A stretch of 55,460 nt of DNA, the filler included, from Sphacelaria rigidula (taxonomy: Eukaryota): assembly GCA_964200075.2 (NCBI GenBank). It is 4 parts of 4 records of this genome, joined end to end, with 100 filler letters (N's around TTAATTAATTAA, not from the genome) between each part and the next. Parts side by side here need not be neighbours in the genome. Positions count along the whole stretch, not along the records: positions 41,672 to 55,460 come from CAXNAA020002667.1; 3 more parts are not named here. The stretch is one strand, 5' to 3'. Shown piece after piece: positions 45,461 to 55,460 of the stretch. The position numbers were made by a program, and so were the translations under genes. The notes beneath the pieces were generated by a model. The model was not told the DNA's origin and made no database searches. It saw only the letters and a list, made by a program, of their open reading frames with translations. Position 1 is the stretch's first letter; each line of letters starts with the position of its first letter.

Positions 45461-47604
45461 GATACCGTCGCGATGGACAATATTTGTTACACTACATATG
45501 GTGCCCACACTCAGGGCTGTCGTTCAAGCTAAGGATCGTTGCTGAACTCCAGGTATATCAATAGATATATCCACCTATGATCGCCACCAAATCACAGCTG
45601 TTATCAGTTATTGGTGTTCGTAACATACAAAATGACTCACGATTTTCGTGATTTAATTCAATGCGTTTATTTTGGTCAATACGGAGTCTCGTCACCCTTG
45701 AGTGTAAAGCCCCGTACTGACTGTGGTCTGGAGTATATTTGCGGTGTTGGTGCTGCGAGTTAGTGGCGCACATCGATTGTAAAGCAGCCGATGTAACTTT
45801 GGATGGAGAATATATATTTTTCGGCGTCTCAGGTGGTGAGTTTCATGCCATAATCTCTTTTCGAATACTCTGCACCAGCCCATTTGCGGTCCACTTCAAC
45901 CAGTCCTGTACTACGAGTACTGTATCGTCCACGCAGGCTATGCCTCGATGGCGGTGTATACCACCCTAACTTGTACGAGCTGTGACCTCTTCTCTCAATG
46001 AGCAAACGTCTCACCCCCAAGGTATCCTTTAGATCGTACAGTATCCACGATTCCGCCCCAGCATCATCACCTTTGGTGATGCTGCAGTCACGATTCTCGA
46101 CAAAATTGTGTGTCAACCAATTGCTCATCGTGGATGTTAAACCCCGTCCTGACGGTCGCCTCGGCGCTGACCGTACTGCGGCACTTGATGTAACGTGCTG
46201 CTGTGTAGTCTGGCCTCGGGCACCACATGGCGAAAATCTCCCACACTAACCTCACATTGTGAAGAAATGCTAATGTCGATGGAGTCCTTGGGCAGTGATT
46301 GCCAACTGACTGCGGAGGATTGCTTGAACGCATCACGTGCACAGACAGCAATGCGCAGTTGCAGCGAAGACTTGACCTTCCATGAAGCGCGGTATCGTTG
46401 CACCCAGAAACGTGTTCGTGCGTGCTATTTACCCGCTCTGTTGGTTACGTCCAACATGTGTACGCAGCGATTATCTCGGCGCCCCTCTTTGCCCATATCA
46501 TAGATTATGCAGCCTTCGCGAAGCTGTCTTTCCTGGAGCCGTGCAAGAGATGCTTACGATGTACGGAATACAAACCAGTGTTGTTCCTTTTCGATAATAT
46601 GGAGGCGGTGTTTTGGAAGGTGAGGCGTCAAGATAATCCGCACCTGGCTTATGATGGCGCCGAAACTTGGAGGATGTGTAGATTGGTTCTACAGCAAGGT
46701 TTCACAGTCACAGCCGTAGCCGTGCAAGGCGCTGGGGGCCCGGTCTCCTCAGAAACGACGGATACCAGGGGTGACAGTACATATATATTTTTCAGCACTT
46801 CCTGTTTGATGCCGACTATACTGGGTATGGTATCGCTCGGGCCCGCAAGCTGCAATGCATCCTGTCGGCCTCACCACCAATCTCCGCCCTGTTAGGGATG
46901 AACGCCCGCAGAAACCTAGCATATGAGCATCGTACGTCCATTATATATCTGAGGGTCGGGGGCTGAAAGTTCCCGGTCCAAGTCGCTCGACAGGTGAAGT
47001 TTCAGCTTCTGTCGCGCGATCACTGCGTTCTGCCACTGACCCTTGCCCGTGTACCCGGCAGGGGGCAACGTTCCCGTACCGATAGTAGCAATGCTAGCGT
47101 ATCCAAGTTGCTGACAGCCTGGCAGCCGGCAAAGTGGTTGCAGTGGTGTTCTTCTAGCGACATCAACTTACAGTGCACTGGGGGGAGTTTGTACGTCAAT
47201 ACACTGCGACCGCGGGTTCGAGAGATAGAAATAATGTGACAGATATGATGATAAAAATAAATAATAAAAATAAATAAATAATAATAACAACAACAATAAC
47301 AAAAACAATAAAAATAATAAGGTTGGCAATTGCCCCACTTAATTTCGCCCACATATAGGGTTTCTTTCACGATCTCGCCGCGTTGAGTTAAATGTGGAAT
47401 TGTACCACGCCCTGGGCAAAATATTTCGAGTCAATACGCGTATGATGCAAAAGAGTGTACTGCGCATAGTATATGATCTGTTTCCTGCTGCAATTTGCGC
47501 AATACTCGTACTTGTCGGTAGCTGCACGCACTACACTTTGGTCGCAATTCAAGCGTCTACGTTCATGCTGTGATGAACTGCATAAGGCAACGGGGAATGA
47601 ATAC

Positions 47605-47973
47605 TCGCCCCGGTGGCTCAGTTGGTAACCTCAAAACCCTCTGATGGTTGAGTAGTGGAGTTCAATTCCTGGAGCGATCTAGGATTTTTTCTCACAACGT
47701 GCTTAGCAGTGGAGAGCGACTATGTCGTGGGTACACAAAATTCGACTGAATGGTGGACGAGGGAAAGGGAGTGCTGAACCCCTTTCGCGATAAAAAACAA
47801 AGGCAAGCACCGCAGAAGGAAGGTGGGGTACTAAAAATAAAAACAAAAAACAAAAAACTCCTGTGTTGACTTTCCTCCTGTGTGACCCCAGCTGGTGCGC
47901 CCACATATACCGAAAGGTGCAAACTGGCGCCCAGAATAAATGGGACGACAACACACACACACACACACACACA
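47605..47973 (+). mobile_element. tRNA-derived SINE with (CA)n tail
   Basis: A-box TGGCTCAGTTGG, B-box GAGTTCAATTCC, (AC)11-12 tail; second copy at 33281-33643. Confidence 0.85.
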
Positions 47974-50900
47974 GGGATTGGCTAAGGGTGTGACGTTTTG
48001 CGGTGTGCTATGTCACTCTGCACCCTGCCGCTGTGCAGTGAGCAGATAATACCGCCCAAGGCATCACTGCTGCAGTTGGCACGCAGTTTCAAACACAGAA
48101 GGCAAGCAGTATTTTCATTACGTGTTTCGAAACCGATACGCACATGGCGGAACTCGCACCTAGAGAACCCTGCACCAAATTCACCCTGTCCTAGCGTATA
48201 CAGATATCTTTTCAGCAGCAGTCGCTTGCGACATGTGCTGCGACGGATCTCGTACATGATGCGGCATTCTCCACCGTGGGGGGTGGCCTGTGAAGCCAGT
48301 TGTTGATGCTACCACGGCCCACCCGTCTTCCAACGATGACCTCCTCTCTGTGCACAAGACAATTTGAAACTGCGGGACATGATTCTGTCTACTAAAATAT
48401 ACGCCTTTCCCAGACGTATGCCCCTACCTCAAGGACAAGCAATAACATTGGAACGCCAAACGGCAGGCACAACGGTACCCGCTGCAGGAATTCCGCTACG
48501 CTCGGAGCTCACATACTTGAATTGCCGACGGCGACCTGTTTTTTTTGGCGAGCAGTTCATTACTCGACACCCACTCATCTTTTAAACGGTTGATCCTCAG
48601 ATAGCGAGCGTCACCTCGGAACAGTTTCACGGACTGACAGTCCAGGGACATCCGGGGGTTTCCAGGCGGCGAGGGAGTGGTTTTGACTGTGGGATGGGGA
48701 CCTATGCGCAGAACAGCCGAAAAGCTCACCGAGTCAACCATGTGTGTTTGTAAGTTTCAACGGAAAGTTGTAAGCCACGAACGAGGCCCGAGAGGAGCAG
48801 AGTGACCATACTGACCAATCACGGCCATCAAAATGGTCAAGTTCTTCTCCTATTGGTGGACTACAGGTGGATTTCTTCGCTATCTAGTGTCTAGCCATAT
48901 TTCTCATTTTGGTCCTGGCACTTCAACCATAGATCATGTGGGCACAAAAAACGTGTTTTTTACCTCGTGGCCTCCATCGCTTGCCCGCCCCCTCATGTGC
49001 TGGCAACGTAACTTTTTACTCTCTGCAGTGTTACTGTGGAACTTTAAGCAGAGACATCAGCAGCATGCATACGTTCAGTGGAGAGCGATGGCACGCTGAC
49101 TGTTTCTTGCCGTGTATGGAGCGGAGGGATACAGCACACAAACTGACTCTCCACGAAATTAACTAGACAGTGAAAACCGGTCAGGGTTTTTCCCGGGCTA
49201 TTTTCTATGTAGATGCCAAATATCCCCTTGTTCATAAAAAATGCGATTTGTGGAGCAAGGAAAGAGCTGTTTCCAACCCCAAATATGGCATAGTCCATCT
49301 CAATCCACGTGCTGGAGGATCGCCGTCAAGCGTCAAGTCCTTACTGGCCCATTCCTGCAACTATTTGTTCGTAGGTGAACGTGACTTCTGTGTTGCATTG
49401 AATGTTCATGACTGGACGGCCGCTCTGCATGTAAGGTACCCGTGTCGTTTGCGGACATGGGCTACTTGCTGCATATGTGCGGACGATATGACTATAAAAG
49501 TCGTTCAAAGGGTCTGCTTGGGGATAAGGTTGTCGAGTGTGAAATGATGTCTGATTTGATAGTGTACGCCACTCCTGTTGGTCATACAGTATCCGTCATT
49601 GTAGAGTACCCTAAGTGTGCTTGGGTTGGCATGGGGGTGCGCGAAAAAAACAGGTACGGGGTGACATAATTCAGTATCGCATGGGAGTCGATGATACCGC
49701 ACAGGGGGGCGCTGATCCCACGCTAATCTCACTTTGGGCGTCAGATTGCGCGCTACCGCGAGTGACTCCGCAAGACTCGTTGAGCTCAAAGACGGAATAC
49801 TTTGAGGTGTCGCGAGAAACACTATTTCGTACGGCGACGTGTATGATCGGGGTTCCTGTGGTCATGCATGGCCCCTCGGCGGTGGACGCGTCGCAGTATT
49901 GCATGGCGCCTCGGCGGTGGACAAACCGGTCAATTATTCCACCCGCTACACAAGAAGTAAAACATGAAAGAGAACGCATCGCCAGACCAGAAATTCCAGC
50001 AGGTGACCGCGTCGTGCTTCGCACGCAAACATTATATGTGCACCCTGATGCGCCCTTGAACTCGAATGCGCTCATGGATGATGACAAATATAACCGCGGC
50101 CAGTCAAGATTTGAGATCTGCCAAGCGCGCACTTGCCTAGAACACCCGTCGCCCGAGTTATCCGTATGCCTTGGGTTGGCGTTAGGCTTACCCTTACCCT
50201 TGGCCTTCCCGCATTCGCCGTGCACGAAAATAGCCTAGCCGTGAGAACTAGATCTGCTGTATGATGGAAGTTGACAAGTGTGGTGTTGTGTTGCACAGTT
50301 CAGCATTGTACGTAGATCCCACAAAAGCAAGCGAAAACACTGCTTCGACAAAGTGACCGCGATTGAAGCGGTCATGCAGAAATAGCCAGCCGCTCGTTGT
50401 ATTTGCCATTTTCCACGGGTGTGCACTATTTTCAAGGAAAACAAACAATCCAAGTTTTGTTTTGCAATTTCTAGGCGTGTGGGTTCATCAAAGATTCGGT
50501 GTACTCGGAGGCCAGGAGAGTTTTCCCTGACACGTCTCCAAACCACCCATGGTTGATATTACTTGACTTGAGCGTGAACACCAACAGTCGGATCATTGCT
50601 GGGGCTGACAGCCCCGAGTACTTCCTAGTGTGCGCAGAATGCTTTGTGTTGCCCTTCCTCAAGACAGCCCCACCCGCCAAAATCCGTTGGTGCAACTGGT
50701 AATCTGGAAAATGCCGTCGGCAAACATTGGTTTACTATGTAGACGTGTTGGTGCTGTACTGCAGCGAATAACCAAACATGCCTACTTGTAGCGCTTCATC
50801 ACCATATGTAGAATCCTCCCTCCGCTCAGAGTTCACCCCCGCCCACTCGCATCGTGCAACGTTCAACAAAGTTGTCCAAGAGATGGGTGTAGCAGCATGT

Positions 50901-51738
50901 GTTCATGCGAAACAACCAAGATATATTCTCTTAGACAACGCCCTTCGAGGCACACGCGCTAGTCATACCTCCCGCAACGTCTTGAGCGATGAGCTCGTCC
51001 CAGCCCCCTGCCCGTACACCCTGGGAATCAACACAACCGATGTCAGGTATGCACATTCGTCAGCACACGCTTGGTGTCGCCTGCCCCCTAGCTATCCCCC
51101 CCCCCCCCCCCCGCCACGCCCCCGCCCCCCCACCCCCACCAACANNNNNNNNNNTCTCGCGTCCTAGCACTCCCCCCCCCCTCCTTTGTGGCGCCCGCCC
51201 CTAATCCCCCCCCCCCCCCCCCCCCCCCCCCCCCGCCCCCTGCAAATCAACAAACAAAACAAATATCCACCTTATGGCTGGGCCGAAGTTAAAATAGACG
51301 CATGCGGACGAATTTTGTCCTGCTTCATCCTCCGTATCTCTACCCGACGATATCCCCACCCCCTTGTTATTACGGAAATACAGCAAAAATAGTAGGATAG
51401 CGAGCCGCTTGTTGCACGCGTATTCGATGTCTCTGGCACGTTTCCCGAGTAGTGACTGCTGCTATTGAATTCCTTGTGAATATTTTACGTGTACGAATAT
51501 CGAGGACTTGTTTCCCTTCCCTTCCCTGCCTTCTCATATAGCTTTTGTTTCCCCCCTTTTTTGTGTTCGCTTCTTGTCGGCGCTGAATGAACCACACAAC
51601 CCCACTGGACCTTGCACGTGCGTTCCAGCTGTCACGGTCTTGACCAATGGCATCGGCCGTCCACCGGTGAATGTACCGCCCGTCCGTGTAGAGTAGATAA
51701 AGTCGCCGAAACTGCCTCGCACAGCACGCAGTCTTGTA

Positions 51739-53245
51739 CAGTATTGTGCAAGCTGAGATAGGTGATTTTTGTGAATTTCGTAGTGGGCGATTTTCAAAAG
51801 TTTTTTCACGTGCCACCGCTCATCCCGATGAACGTTCGATCCCAAAGTTTGTGCATCGAGAGGTACGCAGTGCGCGCTCCACATTCCGAAACGGAATAAT
51901 TTCTGCACTCAAAACTGACCGGCTTGCGGGCTGACCGGTTTTCGGGGGCTCCTGCGACTACCCAGCCCCAGGTTCTGATCCTCGAGTATTTTCGCTCGAT
52001 CGAAGCAATCCCGCTTGTCCTCGTGAACAAATGAGAATAAATGCATTTTTGAATTTCCACCTATTCACTGCGCTAGAGCTGAAGAAATGTGTTTTCGGCC
52101 CAGTGACGGTCGATCGAATCCCCTTGGTAAACGAGGTACTTCGTATCACCCCGACAACACCAACTGAGGATTGCGCCCTGGGCACGATCTGCTTTTCCCC
52201 CCGATATCTATCGACGCTGGGGCTTTCGAGTGCTAAGGAAGTATGATATGCGATAAACGGAAAACTACCTTACTGCGAATATTGCCCAACCGAGCTTTGC
52301 ATGGCATGAGGGGGGGTGTACTCGTGATCTTGCATTCCGTAGTCAAATGGATGGCCATTGACCTCGCATCCCTTCGAAGTCGGGGTGGAGAACGCCGGGT
52401 TTTCGCCCCACCAGTCTCGCAATCAATCACCAAGCGCGAAGCGCCGTGATGTGATCGGCGAGTCGCATGAAGGGAGAGCTGCATCCTGCTAAGATTGTTC
52501 GGCCCGAAGCCTGCTGATTATCTTGCATTTGAATGACAGCCTCCAACGAGTTGCTTCATTTTCAGGTATCGCCACTTCCAGAGATGGCCACGGTTTACAC
52601 ACCGCCCGTGAACGTCTCACCATTTGAACACTACGTAGTATGATCATCCCCCTTCCGCTGAGTTGAGGCTCTCCCATGCCGCACAATATGATCTAACCCG
52701 ACCACCACCATGGTTACCGCATAAAAAAACGTCACCATGTGAAAAAAAAATCGATAACCTGGTTGCCAAGCCGCAGTGAGTGGCGTGTTTAACAGAGTCA
52801 TCGCCAACCGATGACAACCTTATGGGGGGTCCGTCCCCACAAAGCGGGGGGTCCGTCCCCACAAAGCCGGGACGGAGCACGCCACGTTTTCGCCGGACCG
52901 GGATTGTACAGGAGGGGGCGAACCAATCCCGATCGCTCTCGTGCATAATTCTAAGTTTTTTTTAGTGTTACGTATTCATCGCGCTGGAGCCGCAAACAAA
53001 TGTGTTTTTGATAAAAGAAAAACGGTGAAATATACCCCGTGTTAACTCATCCCATAAGTCGTTCGATATTGAGCGCAGGGACCCCCTCTTGTTCCAGAAT
53101 GTGGAGCAGATGCCCATTGCCTCCCGATCCCCAAACTTCGGGATCAAACGCTCACTTGAATAAACGGTGGCACCCGAAAAACAAATGGAAATTGACGACT
53201 ATGAAAAAAGTCACAAGAACCCTCAGTTTCAGCTGCAATCTACTG
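51739..53245. mobile_element. Tc1/mariner-like MITE with long TIRs, carrying a nested ~600-bp element
   Basis: TA|CAGTA...TACTG|TA; 51739-51865 pairs with 53120-53245; same family as 27102-27682. Confidence 0.8.
52308..52918 (-). mobile_element. ~600-bp poly(C)-tailed element nested in the MITE
   Basis: Colinear with 9222-9790; GAGGGGG on both sides. Confidence 0.85.
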
Positions 53246-54199
53246 TAGTACCGCTTACAACCCCCCGATACACCCAGAAATGAACCGGCGGCGCCTAAGA
53301 GACGGGCAGAACAATGGCGTCGCATGGCAGCGGGTGCAAGAACTGCCCATGCCCTGTCGGTAGCAGCTTGCCGTGCAACAGTGGGTACCCCCGGCTTCTT
53401 CGTCTTTTTCCTTCTGCGCCTGCACCCTTCCTCCCCACCAGCAGATGCACCAGCGGGCGGCACCGTGCTGAAACAAGCAGTGCACGAATGTATTGTGCTG
53501 TGTTCGTTGGATATGCAGGTTGTGGGACATTGGAGACAAAGGCCACCGACGGTGGCAGGAAGGGTGGGTCAGGGCCGTGGATTATTGTCGAGTAGAGGAC
53601 TTAGGGTCTGCTCCTTCGTGGTAGCGAGATCAATGGGCTCGAGGCCTTGCTGGCAGGCGGGGCGTAGCTTGATGGGCTGGATGGAACTTTCTACTCAGAG
53701 TTCGGGGCTGCACTTACACCCGTCGACTTGGAAATGGATCGCACGGTAGAACTACCCCTGTCACGTCATGGCCACGATCAATTGGTCAGACAGGACGCGG
53801 CGAGCTAGAACAACGGCACTCTCGGGATCTTGGCCTCAGTCTGGGACGGATCGCAAATCCTCTTGCACCGGACAGTGCAGACGATGCACTGTATCCCCTC
53901 CACGCCCACTTCCGATTGTTCAGAACATTCTCATAACGGGTACGCACGAAATCGGTCTTGAATGCGCCGAAAGAAGTCGACATGAGGCTGCAAGACTCCA
54001 CAGAGGATTTCGAATTTGAAACACACCCGGTCGACGGTATTTGTACCCACTGTTTTCTCGACCACAAATCATTTCGAAAAAAATACCGTGTCACCTGGTT
54101 CCAATATCCATCGTCTCGTGCCTCCCCTCGCCAGACGTCTCTGTCACACTCTCGCCTGACTCCGCCGCAATGATCGTTCGCACATCCGTCCCTCATTCC

Positions 54200-54283
54200 C
54201 CTACTCCGTCTCGAAAGGGATGCGTGGTCAATGGTCAAATGACTAAGGCAAGCAACAAATGAGTACGCCCCCCTACCTCCTCC
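54200..54283 (+). mobile_element. LINE-like 3' terminus (...PSRKGCVVNGQMTKASNK*) with C-rich tail
   Basis: Reverse complement of 9110-9190; ends GAGTACGCCCCCTACCTCCTCCC. Confidence 0.75.
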
Positions 54284-54333
54284 CTACGTTGCGGCGGCGG
54301 CTATCCGTCGAGTGGCTTGGTCTGCCGTGAAGC

Positions 54334-55460
54334 TTACGGCTGTGGAAGTGGCGACCCGTGGATGGGTGCTTCAGACTTTCCGCCGTCATTCCTGGCGTTA
54401 TGATCAGTCACCAATACCAGCGACTGAGGGTGAGGGTGAGCACCTGCCGGTATGTGTTGGATAGCTCCTGCGGCACGATCCGGTCGCCCTGTCTCCGGCC
54501 CTGCATCCCGCACTCTCGCCCTCTCTCGCTGGGCGACCATGTCCGCGGCATGCGCTCCTCGCGACCCATCGACCACCAAATGGAGGTATTCCACCATCGT
54601 TTGAAGGCTCGCGATCTTACGCCTTGCCGCCGCGTCCTGCTGCGCTAGCGCGTATTGCGCTCGAGCCTGACTCGCCTCCACCTCCTTCTTCAGCATGGCG
54701 ACCTGCGTCTTTGCACGCGCGGCAGCACACTCTGCCTCCTTAGCTTTGGCGATGGCGCGCCGTGGGCCTCCGACTGATGCGCGGCGTTCGCCAGCAGGTC
54801 GTCGAAAGGCGCTAGATAACGCATCAGCTTCCCCGTGCATGGCCTCCTTGAGCTGGTCTCGAAGATTCTAGGACTCGGCAAAGAACTCCGCCTTCGCCTG
54901 CTGCTCCTTGTTTGGGCGCCTCACAACTTTCACCATGTCGTTGGCGTGGAGAGTATTCGTGTCCGCGTACGACTTCTCCTTCGCGAGCTGGGCACTGCTC
55001 TCCTTGTCCAAGTCGCTCACTCTCTCCTCTAAGCGACGTTCCAGCTTCTCAGTTTCCTTGTGCAACGCGGACGTCGCGGCCTTAGCGTCTGCGTGATCCC
55101 AACGCTTCTCCGTCGTCGTCGACAAGTACTTGGGATGTAAGCTCTGCGTCTGTTCGCGGTCTACGCGCCGTCGTTCCTTGGCCGGTTGTTTCCGCAACCT
55201 GTCGACGTCTACACTCAGCGATTCTCCGAAACGCTCGGCATTGCTCAGCCTCTCCGTGACAGCCACCAGGTTTGCGTGCAGTGTGTCGACCTTCTCGATT
55301 AGTCGCTGTTGAGAACGCTTCGCATGTCTCAGTCTCTCCTCCACAGCGCCAAGGCTTGCCAACGCCGTCGATGCCTTATACCGCCTGTTTTCCAACTCCT
55401 GCAGTGCCCATGGCAAGCAGTTTGCCATGGGCACTGCAGGAGTTGGAAAACAGGCGGTAT
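54334..55460 (-). pseudogene. Coiled-coil protein fragment with one in-frame stop
   Basis: ORFs 54868-55434 and 54334-54840 are in the same frame, separated by TAG plus NLRDQLKEA; E/K/R/A/L-rich helical composition. Confidence 0.5.

Noticed and set aside
47605-47680. tRNA gene (also 33570-33643 and 41351-41420)
   Set aside because: A/B boxes are present but there is no intact anticodon arm; these are SINE heads.
51095-51240. Poly-proline ORFs (also 25007-25394)
   Set aside because: Arise from C homopolymer tracts, one containing an assembly gap.

Overview
Repeat-dense eukaryotic DNA, most likely from a brown alga (Phaeophyceae); this is inferred from the style of the repeats and introns, not from a marker gene. 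It is not one locus. Four unrelated ~13.79-kb scaffolds (13792, 13790, 13789 and 13789 bp) are joined by artificial N44-TTAATTAATTAA-N44 linkers. The one convincing host gene is a multi-exon FIP1-like pre-mRNA 3'-processing factor on the minus strand (~21374-27085). The rest is mostly transposon debris: two decayed LINE reverse-transcriptase copies, a Ty1/copia RT-RNase H remnant, an LTR flanked by both a PPT and a very long tRNA-derived PBS, tRNA-derived SINEs, a probable MULE remnant, and several MITE/foldback families (Sola-like, Ginger-like with telomere-like repeats, Tc1/mariner-like). The best candidate for an undescribed system is a non-LTR retroelement pair: a LINE-like 3' end and a ~600-bp non-autonomous partner. 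They share a ~60-nt 3' terminus, end in poly(C) instead of poly(A), and sit repeatedly inside G/C homopolymer tracts.
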